NCBI RefSeq assembly: GCF_001194135.2
Contig: NC_068985.1
Span: 97,461,973 to 97,525,972, forward strand
DNA from: Octopus bimaculoides
Lineage: Eukaryota
Direction: 5' to 3'
DNA length: 64,000 bases
The notes beneath the pieces are model-generated. The model saw only the letters and a program-made list of their open reading frames with translations, made no database searches and had not been told where the DNA came from. Below, in pieces: positions 38,885 to 51,031 of the stretch. Every line of letters starts with the position of its first letter. The stretch's first letter is position 1. The position numbers and the translations under genes are program-made.

Positions 38885-39442
38885 ATTCTGGAAGGTCTAG
38901 CACCAAACTTTGAGACTGAAAGCTATACCAGTCACTGTATAGGTGTCATTGCATAATACCAAAGATTTTGCATTCTCCATCCAGATTAAGGACTCGGTAC
39001 TTTAGGGTACAAATACTTTCAGCTTTTCAATACTTTGCCAAATGACCTCAGAGATCTACAAGGTACAGATGTAAATGTGTTCAAAAAACAACTAGACAAA
39101 TGTTTATCTAATACACCAGAGGAACTCACATCAGGGCATGAAACACAAAGAAGGGCAGCTCTGTCCAACTCACTATTTCCTCAGGACCGATTCCAGAAAG
39201 AGGGCTGAGAAAGGAGTCTAAGATAAACAAGCATTAATGCTAATGGCAGTGCTCCAGGATGGCCACTTCCCCTGGTTGAAACTGATAATAAAAACAGAAA
39301 GCCTAATCTCATATATTATTTGCCATATTTGAAGAACGACACAGAAAACTAAGAAGGGTATCAAACATGTACTCACTCTGTTATGGGTGTCAGTGTGACG
39401 TATAACATTCTGTAGCAGGGTTTTGGCAGATCTGTGCAGCAT
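30677..39442 (-). CDS. NKAPD1: NKAP domain-containing 1 (C11orf57 ortholog), spliced: 39442-39377, 35869-35565, 33260-33147, 31205-30677; 1014 nt = 337 aa + stop
   Basis: N-terminus [24 protein letters not shown] and internal [18 protein letters not shown] match the recalled NKAPD1 motifs ([39 protein letters not shown]). Arg/Lys/Ser/His-rich C-terminus; all junctions GT-AG and in phase. Confidence 0.93.
33147..33260 (-). CDS. NKAPD1: NKAPD1 coding exon 3 ([15 protein letters not shown]...RRTRK)
   Basis: tcacag|G ... AAAG|gtttgt; signature motif. Confidence 0.93.
35565..35869 (-). CDS. NKAPD1: NKAPD1 coding exon 2 (IVEEAEMW...ENDPG)
   Basis: ttcag|ATT ... GCAG|gtgagg; corresponds to ORF 35561..35866. 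Confidence 0.9.
36060..36480 (+). mobile_element. RTE 3' UTR fragment with an internal duplication of about 125 bp
   Basis: Same 3' end as the other RTE copies; ends ggacgttaaacgatgatgatg. Confidence 0.75.
38880..39210 (+). mobile_element. CR1-type LINE 3' fragment
   Basis: LFNTLPNDLRDLQGTDVNVFKKQLDKCLSNTPEE...RRAALSNSL-like translation. Confidence 0.6.
39377..39442 (-). CDS. NKAPD1: NKAPD1 first coding exon ([22 protein letters not shown])
   Basis: Donor AGA|gtgagt; a strong acceptor (tttctctttcag) 30 nt above the ATG implies an upstream non-coding exon. Confidence 0.92.
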
Positions 39443-40052
39443 TTTTAAGGGTTACAGAAAACAAACAAGATTCTGAAAGAGAAACAAAATTTAGATGAGC
39501 CCCTACAGATATTCTGGAAGTTAAAAAAGAGACTGACAAACTGTATGATGGTGGAAAAAAACAATATAAAGAAAAAAACACATGAAATTGCTTAGATTTG
39601 TGGATGTCAGTCAGTCTCAAGTCAACCCTGATCCAACAGATCTATGTTCAAAGACAGTCGAGCCATGACCATTCCACCTTTTTGAAATGAGGTATGGTTT
39701 TAGATACTTGGCTGCTGTTTCTAACAGATTGAGCAATCACAGTTTGTCACACAGTAACTTGAAATGTGGACTGATCAATGCCGAAAGTCCATTCAGCATT
39801 GATTAGTCACATAAATCAAAAAAAATATTTCAAATAATAATATGTCCAGTAAGGAGACATGGTATGCACTGAATCACAGATATAGTTTGACAAATTATAA
39901 AAGAAAAAGATGCAAAAACAGAAGACAAGTGTTAAAAATAAATGGAAATATTAAAAATAGAAATAATTTCACCAAGTAAATGATAAGAATGGGTTGACAA
40001 GGTATTCAAATTTAGAATGAGAAAAGAAAGAAAGACAGATAGAGATAGACAG

Positions 40053-40083
<31 letters not shown>

Positions 40084-40389
40084 GTTTGTTCCTTATTATT
40101 AAAGGAGATCAGTTACCAAGTTACTGGATCTTAATTAAGCAAATGAAATTTTTTAAAAAATCATTTAGTCTTGGAGCAGGGCCATGAGCAGAAAATGTTC
40201 AGATTCTTATAACAGAGTGAAGGTTGTTTGGATTTTAGAACCTTTTAAAAATAGTAGAAGAGTTAAAAGACAAAAACTTTAGTAGAGGGCTGGTGGTTAG
40301 AAGGAAATAATAAGTTTTGACTATGAGACAGTCAACTCTTTTGGGGCTGCAGGACTCAATTTAAAAATCTAATACCAGTACTTCTACAT

Positions 40390-40880
40390 GAAGTATTTCA
40401 GAAGGACAAAATTCCTGGCACTGAGGTGCATCAACAAGCCAGCATTTGATACCTGTACACCTTCCTTCAGAAGGTCCAAGTGATATGGGGTGGGCATGTC
40501 AGTCACATGAAAGACAACTGCATCCCAAGGAAGTTCTTATTTGGATAACTTTGTGAGAGAAAGTGCACCATTGGCCAGGGAGATGGGCAAAAGAGGTTCA
40601 AGGACTGGCTAAAAGTATTTCTAAAGGAATTCAAACATCATGGCTGACTTGAGAGAGCTGCTCGCCCAATACCAACACAATTGGTGCAGACTGGTTCACA
40701 GTGGTGCCCAAACAGCTAAAAGAAAAAGAGCTACAGCAGGTGAGGAAGAGTGCTCACTCCATAAAGCAGAGCTACAAATAACCTCAAGTGCCACACCTTC
40801 CCATGCATGCCCTACATACAGGAGAGGATACCTGGCAAGGATAGATCTTATCAACCATTACTGAAGTCATCAGGTAAAGG
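40390..40880 (+). mobile_element. RTE-BovB-like LINE 3' fragment
   Basis: DKIPGTEV..QVIWGGHV..M.D..IPRK.LFG...GQKRFKD.LK ... CPTYRRGYLARIDLINH. Confidence 0.75.
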
Positions 40881-42605
40881 TGCCAATCCTGAATCTTAGC
40901 CATCTTTGATATAACGAAGAACAAAGAACATAAAAGGACATTAAATATTGTGTGGATTAGTTTAAATTATTATTTTTTTTTTTCTGATTCTCCAGATGTT
41001 AGATCTCAGTAGTGGAGTTTACAAATGAAATTACAACAGATTGAGATGTGTCACAAGAAAATCAATAGTGGGGAGCCATGTAACATGTGAGTTGCAAAAA
41101 TAAAAAAAATAAAAACATCAAAAAGACTGATAGTGATAATATAAAATGAGTGGAAGAGAGGAGGTGAAACAAGTTGTTACTTTCTCGAGAACAACAGAAA
41201 AAAAATCTGTCAAATTCCCCAAAAGATTTCCATTAATAAACACTACCCTTAATATAAGAATTACTCTTTTACTTGTTTCAGTCATTTGACTGTGGCCATG
41301 CTGGAGCACCACCTTTAGTCGAGGAAATCGATCCCAAGACTTATTCTTTGTAAACCTAGTACTTATACTATCGGTCTCTTTTGAGGAACCGGTAAGTTAC
41401 GGAGACGTAAGCACACCAGCATCGGATGTCAAGCGATGGTGGGGGTACAAACACAGACACACAAAAATACATATANNNNNNNNNNNNNNNNNNNNNNNNN
41501 NNNNNNNNNNNNNNNNNNNNNNNNNNNNNNNNNNNNNNNNNNNNNNNNNNNNCATACATATATACGACGGGCTTCTTTCAGTTTCTGTCTACCAAATCCA
41601 CTCACAAGGCTTTGGTCGGTCCGAGGCTATAGTAGAAGACACTTGCCCAAGGTGCCATCCAGTGGGATTGAACCCAGAACTATGTGGTTGGTAAGCAAGC
41701 TACTTACCACACAGCCACTCCTGCGCCTATTAACAAAATATAAATAATTTTTTTGGTCACCTTTATCTTTCACTGGTTTCAGTCGTTGGACTGCAGCCAT
41801 GCAAGGACATCATCTTGATGGAGTTGAACAAACTGACCCTGGTTCTTGTTTTTTAAGTTTGATACACACTATTGGTCCCTTTTGCTAAAACACTGTTATG
41901 AGGATGTAAATAAACCAACACTAGTTGTCAAGTGCTGGGTAGGGTGAGGGACAAACACAAAGGCTATATATATATATATATAGTAAGTCAGTTACACTGA
42001 ACCTAGTATGCAACTGGTACTATTTTTTTTGACTCCGAAAGGATGAAAGACAAAATCAACCTCAGATCTGTAAACATGGAAGAAATACCACTAAGCAGTT
42101 TGCCTGGTGTGCTAACAACTCTGCCAACTCACCACCTTTGTGTTTGCATTCATAACATCATCGTTTTAATGTCCACTTCTCCATGGCTGCAGGGGGTGGA
42201 TGGAAACTCACTGAACCAAATTATCTACGATGAGATGCAGTTCCTGTCACCAACCCTCAACTGTTTCTAAGCAATATTTCTCCATGGCCAGACATGTGTT
42301 TCACAAAAGATTGGAAATGAATGACAGAGCTTAGTGGACAGTAGCATTCATTTACCACTCTCACTGACACAGACACACCCACATATACATATATATATAT
42401 ACACACACACACACACAATGGGCTTCTTTCAGTTTTCATCTACCAAATCTGCTCACATGGTTTCAGTCAATGTAGGGTTATAGAAGAAGACACTCACCCA
42501 AGTCACCACACAGTGTGACAGAACTCGAGACCACATAGTTAGGAAGCAAACTTCTTAATCACACAGCCATGTTTGCATCTATTGTGTAACGAGATTTTCA
42601 TTTAA

Positions 42606-42781
42606 CCCTTTAGCATTCAAACTGGCCAGACCTGGCTTATCACACCAATCCGACAATATCATTGTAAAGATTAACAGTTACCACATCCAGATCTCAAAGC
42701 TACAAAATAATGCATGATTCATTCAAAATGATGTGAATAAATAAGCATGACTTTTGACAAAGTAATCTGAATGCTAAAAGG
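42606..42781. mobile_element. piggyBac-type MITE
   Basis: TTAA|CCCTTTAGCATTC...GAATGCTAAAAGG|TTAA. Confidence 0.75.
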
Positions 42782-43399
42782 TTAAACATGCAGTTTAATG
42801 TAGAGAGTTTTGGGTGGGTCAGTAACACAGATCTGGGGATGTCTTGAGTAGGTTGGCACCACAAGACCAAAAGCAGGTTGTAGCTCAGTATCAGGTCAAT
42901 CCTGATTAAGCAGACATATGATCAGAGTTTTTCAAGAAGCAACCAGTTCATTTTTTCATGAATATGTAGGGTTAAATTATCTAATATGTTCTTTCCTTAC
43001 TTAGGACAGTTAGCTGTGATTTCAGTGGGGTTTAGTTCTCTAATAGAATGATCACCAAGAGTTTGGTTCTTTGCTAGGCTTTTGGCTGGGCTGATAACAA
43101 GGAACCAGTTGAAGTGTCAGGTAGGTTGCCAGTAGGATTCAATAACTGATTCAATTCAATAGTAAAACTGAAATATTTGTTAGTATTGTGGCACATCACG
43201 AATAAATAATATAATGGGAACCGTGAATTAGAAATATACTGCCCCACTGGGCCACAGACATAAAAAAAAATTATCCAACGACCTAGTTTAAAAATACAAG
43301 CATTCGTTATAAACGGGGTTGTTGGGTTATTTAAAAGAGCACACAGATGTACACAGATACACACACACACATATGCACATAGATACACACACAATTTAC

Positions 43400-44400
43400 T
43401 CCGACACAGCCTGAACGATCGTACACAAGTGTGAAATTCCGATGAGCAACGAAGAGATTTATCAACTTTATATTGAGTAATGCTTTACTCGTTTGCATAA
43501 CACACACACACATATATATATATAAACGAGCACTGGATATTAGTAGTTTTTCGTTCATATCAGTGCAATAGTGTATGATGATGATGTATATTATATAAGA
43601 AGCCGGAGAATAACACAGATACAGACTATCCGTGACAAAATCTACCGAAGACATAATAAAGTCATAATCCAAAATTGAATAAATCTCACCCTTTTTCTAT
43701 AGACAAATGTCAATCAGTACATTGCAAGACTTTTTTTTGTTAATATAATTAATCTGTGTAGTAAGACTGCCGAGAGCACACATGTTGTATATACGAAGCT
43801 GTGAAAATCGGGTGAGAATTAGTTGTGATCTTGCATCAGTTTAGATAAAGAAAAGCTTATCTATTTATCTGAGTGTACACAATCATCTCAACGGATGGAA
43901 GTATGTCTGCGGTGTCACGAGGAATTCGGTTATAGCATCTTGGCACCGGAAGAGAGACTGGTGGCTTACACGGTAACATCTGATAATAGATTAGTAGAGT
44001 GAATGTAGCAGGTGTAGACATAGAAACCAACCAACATGTACATAATACGTGGACTCCGTAAAGAAATATAATAATGATGATTTAACGAAATCTACACCAG
44101 CACCATGCAGCCATTTTTAAAATGCCGACCCCTCTCTTTCACTCACTCCTCACTCTAAAATCAAAACTGATGAATCGTCTTTTCTTTCTTTCTTCGTAAG
44201 CAAGATTTCCTCGGCTTAAACTTTGGAATTTCTTAATGTAAAACAAATCAACTAATCGACAATCAGTAATAAAAACGCACTTAGGGAACAAACCGCGCAC
44301 ACACACACACATCTATCTATCTATCTATCTATCTATCTAATACACATACATACATATATGTTATAAGGTGAGGTTCTTACGTTGCAACTAAAAATTTCCA
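43400..44400. promoter_or_regulatory. Probable bidirectional promoter / 5' UTR exon region for NKAPD1 (-) and PIH1D2 (+)
   Basis: Largely unique, CpG-richer segment between two divergent genes whose ATGs both follow splice acceptors. Candidate donors: - strand at 43399 and 43689, + strand at 43812 and 44368. ETS-like CCGGAAG at 43946-43952 and YY1-like CAGCCATTTT at 44108-44117. Confidence 0.55.
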
Positions 44401-45743
44401 CGTTCCCGATGACGAATGAAGTGTACTTACTGACATCCATACATATATACACACATGCATGCATGTATATTATTTGCACGAAGCTCGTGATTCCCACTCA
44501 ATAGCTTTACTGAGCATATAATTTGCACAATTATATTTAGCTGGATAAATTCTTGAACAGTCACTAATTTCATTTGTATGCCATAAAATATAAATAATAT
44601 ACTATAAAATGTAATAAGTAGGTTTCGTCGAACAGAAAATCGATTTGACAAAGTCACACTAAAAATAATTGGAAACCATACCACCAAGTGCTCCAGTTAA
44701 ATGTGTGAATCGTTGGTGCAGATGGCAAAGATATATATCAAATACACTTGGCTAAAAGATTGGAGTTCAAATCCCGACGGAGACGATTTTGTCGTTAATC
44801 TCTTTCAGGATCGATAATTAAAAAGCCGGGGTTAGACTTCACCGATCATATCCCGCCTAACAGATACTGTTACTGAATTTAAACAAAGGTGTTCCTATCC
44901 ATATATATAGATTTGCTAGAAATAGCAGTTAAGTCTCCATCCGAAACATAATGCAAACAAACAAACGAACAAATAAAATGAGGACACGTTGAACAATGTA
45001 ATCCGGGGTTTCTTTTATTAAAGATCATAACTCGAATGCTTTTGATCACACGCCTGTTGGATCAAGCCTTTCTTGGGGCTAAACCACAACAACGAAGTCC
45101 TTTTTCAATTACAATAAGCCAGAAATATTGCTAGATGTACATTTCAATATAAACGGTAAGAAGGATACAGACACACATTCACTCATATAGAACAGGTATC
45201 TGTAAGGGTCTTATGGCTAGACAGATATCTAAACATGAAAACAACACATACACACGTATTTATGTGGGTAAATTGCTTTTAAATGCTTGTTTGGCAAAAC
45301 TGATGTTTTGCATCATGTTTGCAAGCAGAAATTTAAATAATTTTTTTCAAAGTCAGATCTATTAATGAAGATATATAAAAAAAGATTAATTTAATTTTCT
45401 TACAATGGCGAGTCTCTTTATAAAGTAATCGCTAAAAATTGCACCCAGATTTTCCCTCAAATCGCATCCTGCTGTTTTAATAGAAGAAAGGATGTGAGGT
45501 AATGCCGCCAATATTGTTTTAGGGATCAAGGGATCCTTTTAAAAAATATATATATATAGGATGGTATAGCTGGAATGTGTTCGATCATTGGTTTGCTCTT
45601 TCAGGGGCTGGACAACTAAACAACTTAGAGTTACCGGCATAAATCAAGCAACAACATTACAAGAGTAGGTCGAAGAGACATTTAAATGAGGGTTGAAGGA
45701 CGATATACAGAGATATAATAAACACATATACATACATACATAC

Positions 45744-45821
<78 letters not shown>

Positions 45822-46703
45822 NNNNNNNNNNNNNNNNNNNNNNNNNNNNNNNNNNNNNNNNNNNNNNNNNNNNNNNNNNNNNNNNNNNNNNNNNNNNNNN
45901 NNNNNNNNNNNNNNNNNNNNNNNNNNNNNNNNNNNNNNNNNNNNNNNNNNNNNNNNNNNNNNNNNNNNNNNNNNNNNNNNNNNNNNNNNNNNNNNNNNNN
46001 NNNNNNNNNNNNNNNNNNNNNNNNNNNNNNNNNNNNNNNNNNNNNNNNNNNNNNNNNNNNNNNNNNNNNNNNNNNNNNNNNNNNNNNNNNNNNNNNNNNN
46101 NNNNNNNNNNNNNNNNNNNNNNNNNNNNNNNNNNNNNNNNNNNNNNNNNNNNNNNNNNNNNNNNNNNNNNNNNNNNNNNNNNNNNNNNNNNNNNNNNNNN
46201 NNNNNNNNNNNNNNNNNNNNNNNNNNNNNNNNNNNNNNNNNNNNNNNNNNNNNNNNNNNNNNNNNNNNNNNNNNNNNNNNNNNNNNNNNNNNNNNNNNNN
46301 NNNNNNNNNNNNNNNNNNNNNNNNNNNNNNNNNNNNNNNNNNNNNNNNNNNNNNNNNNNNNNNNNNNNNNNNNNNNNNNNNNNNNNNNNNNNNNNNNNNN
46401 NNNNNNNNNNNNNNNNNNNNNNNNNNNNNNNNNNNNNNNNNNNNNNNNNNNNNNNNNNNNNNNNNNNNNNNNNNNNNNNNNNNNNNNNNNNNNNNNNNNN
46501 NNNNNNNNNNNNNNNNNNNNNNNNNNNNNNNNNNNNNNNNNNNNNNNNNNNNNNNNNNNNNNNNNNNNNNNNNNNNNNNNNNNNNNNNNNNNNNNNNNNN
46601 NNNNNNNNNNNNNNNNNNNNNNNNNNNNNNNNNNNNNNNNNNNNNNNNNNNNNNNNNNNNNNNNNNNNNNNNNNNNNNNNNNNNNNNNNNNNNNNNNNNN
46701 NNN

Positions 46704-46736
<33 letters not shown>

Positions 46737-47442
46737 CATCTTTTACTTGTTTCTGTTATTAGACTGTGGCCATGCTGGGGCACCTCCTTGAACAACTTGT
46801 ACTTATTTTTCTGTCAAGTCTGGTACTTATTCTATCGGTTCTGTTTTGCCCAACCGCTAAGTTACGGGGACGTAAACACACCAGCACTGGTTGTCAAGCC
46901 ATGGTGGGACACACACACAGCGGGATTCTTTCAATGTCCGTGTACCAAATCCACTCACAAGCCTTTGGTCGGCCTGAGGCTAAAATGTACTCTACCTTTC
47001 ATCCTTTCAGGGGTGGGTGGGTGAGAGATAAAATAAGTATCAGGCGAGCATTGTGGTCAAGGTAATCAACTTATCCTCTCCCACACCCAAATTGCTGGCC
47101 TTATGCCAAAATTTGAAATGAATATTAATTATCATCATCACCATCATCATCGTCTGCCTTCCATGCTAGCATGGGTGGGAATCAGTTTCAAATTTTGGCA
47201 CAAGTCTAGCAATTTCAGGGTGGAAGTTTGGAGGTGGGGGGGGGGGCAAGTCGATTATATCGACCCCCTAGTGCTCAACTGGTACTTATTTTATTGACTC
47301 CCGAAAAGATGAAAGGCAAAGTCCACCTTGGTGGTATTTGAGCTCAGAACGAGAAGACAAACAAAATGCTGCTCAACAGTTTGTCTGGCATGCTACCAAT
47401 TCTGCCATCTTGCTATAAATCATAATATTAATTCTCTTGTAG

Positions 47443-47649
47443 ATGGTGTCAATTCTACCAAACACGCAGAACTCTGAACAGGATAAAGTTCTCCAGCAAG
47501 CTGAGCAGATTTGGTCAATGCTTGATGACATGGTTGTAAGTGACCCAACAGCTTATAAAAAGTTTATTGAGAATCAGATGAAGGATGCTCATAAGTTTTT
47601 AGAAAAGAATGGTACCAAACCAGAATTTGGCTTAAAGGTTAAATTAAAA
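47443..47649 (+). CDS. PIH1D2: PIH1D2 first coding exon
   Basis: ATG directly after the acceptor (ttgtag|ATG); donor AAA|gtaagt. Confidence 0.92.
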
Positions 47650-48340
47650 GTAAGTCACTCATTTAAAGTATCATGTTTTTTTTTTCATGTCTCAACCGAT
47701 GCTTCTTACGTCTTACATCAATAAAATGTTATTAGATTTATTTTGCTTTAGAATTATTTGTATATTTATTTGACTTATATACATTTGTGTGTATATGTAT
47801 GTATATCTATCCATCTTTCTCTCTCTCTCTATCAGTCCATATATATGTGTGTGTGTGTTAAATGATGATGATGGTACACACATACACACACACACATAGT
47901 CACAATGAGGATATTCATACCTCTTATAGGGATATTATCATCCTAGATATACTGGTTTAATATATTGTAATTTGAAGAGATATTTCTTCAATGAATATAT
48001 TATATAAAATATCATAAAATATCAAATATTATTATCAAGTTTGAAAAACAGAGAGATCTAATGGATACAAATCAATTTAATAATTAACATATTCACCTAC
48101 AATTGTTTCATTTCACAACCCAAATTGAAACTGCAAGACATAAAAATATATAATAATGTAATCCTTGTATTGTCTTTTGTGCTCCCTGGTGATTTTCCAT
48201 CCAAGGTATTTTAGAATGCAAAATTATAGATTGATGTATGTTTTGTAGATTTTCTCTTATGCTGTCATGTAGCACTAGCATGGGTGCTTTTATGTGGTGT
48301 CAACATAGGTACTTTTATGTGGCACCAGCATCCACAAGCT

Positions 48341-48408
<68 letters not shown>

Positions 48409-50995
48409 GTTTCTAATTTATTGTCTTTTGGTTTATGATTTCTTTTTGTAGGATGACAACGACTATTTGTTTCTGGAAATATATTCATCTCTTTTGGTTC
48501 CAGCACCAAACTTTGGAGAAAACATTGCAGAGATTCCTTCGTTTATTCAAACTGAAGAGGATTCAGAACACTCAAACAGTTTGTATCTACTTTATAATGT
48601 AATCTCGCTGGTCAATGTGGTCATTTGTGTTGGGTAATGACTGAAAGGGTACAATGTCAAATACAAGCGACCAAAATGGGGTTCTCTGAAAGATCCCTGG
48701 AGTAACATACTTGTCAAGGTTCATAGCTTGAAAATTAGGGAGTCTCTCCAGTTCCAGCCTGTATCTTTTTTTTTGCATTGAGAAGTCACAACTCTGGTAC
48801 AACACTTGTGATTGGAATGTTGTAGGAAAGAATTGTCGCAAGACAGATTCTTCAAGCTGAGCAACTAGTGTCCATAGTCTCAGTTGGTCACACTTGGTAA
48901 TCCAGCTGAAAAGTGTAATGATAGTTGCTTCTGATAAGGCCCTATGGAAGAGGTGGTTGAGGACTACACCAAGCAGGCAGAGCAAAATGAACAAATGGAT
49001 AATCGATATCCCCTTCATTTTTAAACTGCCTCTTCGTCAGTTATGATGACGAGGTTTCCAGTTGATCCAATCAATGGAACAGCCTGCTTGTGAAATTAAC
49101 ATGCAAGTTGCTAAGCACTCCATGGACACATACCCTTAACAATTTAACAGTCGCCAACAAGCCAGAGGACTTAGGCTTGACAATTTGACAGTAGCCAACA
49201 AGCCAGAGGACTTAGGCTTGACAGTTTGACAGTAGCCAACAAGTCAGAGGACTTAGGCTTGACAGTAGCCAACAAGCCAGAGGACTTAGGCTTGACAATT
49301 TGACAGTAGCCAACAAGCCAGAGGGCTTAGGCTTGACAATTTGACAGTAGCCAACAAGTCAGAGGACTTAGGCTTGACAGTAGCCAACAAGCCAGAGGAC
49401 TGTGCCAAGCCCTAATATCATAAATTAAAAATCCCCTGAAGGTGGTACTTTGCTATGGCTGCAGTTCAATTCCTGAAACTAATAAAATAATGAAAAATGT
49501 TGAAATTTGTTATAAATGTGATATGCACTTGAAGAATTCTTTTTGATATTTACCTCCCCCATCTTTTTTTTTCTAATTCCAGAACATAATAAGCCTCATA
49601 TTTTAGTTGCCCTGAATCCTCTTCTGACCAGCAAACTGGCACCAAATGGATCCCTTTTAAAGGAGCAGCAGAATTTGGTAGAATATCTATTAGAGAACAT
49701 CCAGGCACAAATACCGTTCTCTTTGGTTACAAGTGATTTTTCATTCTTTGACAAAAAGGAATGCAAAGGTGATATTAAAAGATTTCTGCAGTTTTTGAAT
49801 GAACAAGTCTGTAAGAGAAAGCAAAACAAAGTTCCTGACGTAAATGGAAATGCCATTAATAATAAGCTGGACAGTATTAAGCTACCACAACAGAGCGAGA
49901 AGCTAGAAACTCTACCATTACTTAATCTGTCCAAGGAACGACCCCAGAAAGAAAGAAAACCAAAGTTAATTGAAGAATTACCAGTTAAGGAACCGAGGTT
50001 TGGATTTCTTTCTTTTTTTCTTTCTTTATTTTTCCTTTTTTTTTTTAATCAAAACTTGAAATGATATTGTTATAGTAGTTGCATCTACTACAAAGAAATT
50101 GACAAAATGTAGCATTTGTACTCAGTAACCAAAGGTCTTTTAGATTCTTTCTTGCTTGCTGGCAGATGATGGTACTGTCAAGGGCTGAAGATCCATCTGT
50201 CCATTTCTCCTGCCCACTTTTACTGGGAGGGTCATGGGAGTAGAGTCTTCAGGTATCTCCTCGATAAGGTCTTATCACAAGCAACCATCATTATACTTTC
50301 TCACTAGATTCACAAGCATGACCAATTGAGACTTTGGATATTACCTAATCATCTTGTTCTGGTTGGTTCCGTTTGAAGAAGCCGTCTTGTGATTCTTTCC
50401 TGCGACATTCTAATCACATATTCATGGTACCGGTCTGTGCCCTCTCAATGCAGAAAGATAGCAGTTTGACCTGGAGAGACTCACTGATCCCCAAGCTATG
50501 CCCTCTGTTACTTGAGAGATCTTTCAGAGAAACCCCATTTCAGCTGCTTGTATTTGGTGGGTACAGGAGAGATTAATGGTTGATATTTGCAGTTGGCATG
50601 CAGCTACTTGGTTCATCAGAAAGCTATCTCCAGGATTCACTGAATGGGATTGCTGCCAAGTGCTGCAAAGCAGGGATGAGAGTAAATATTGAGATAACTG
50701 AGACATTAGTCCTCTCAAGAGCTGAAAATGTCCAGGAAAAATATGGCCGTACCATACTGATGTCTGTCATTGGAGGAGTGTACTTTTATTGAAAGTGGTA
50801 GATTCCAGTCATTAGCAGCATCCACTACTCATGTAATATTACCAACCCAGCATTGCATTTACTAAATGCATAACATTAGCAACATAGCATTAACTACAAA
50901 TGTAATATTAGCAACAGATCACGCATTTAATATTAGCAACACAACCCATCACACATGTGACATGTAATGTATATAAGAACAAGTAGTACATATTG

Positions 50996-51031
<36 letters not shown>

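Noticed and set aside
49141-49400. CRISPR-like regular repeat
   Set aside because: No unique spacers, eukaryotic intron, no cas genes; it is a minisatellite
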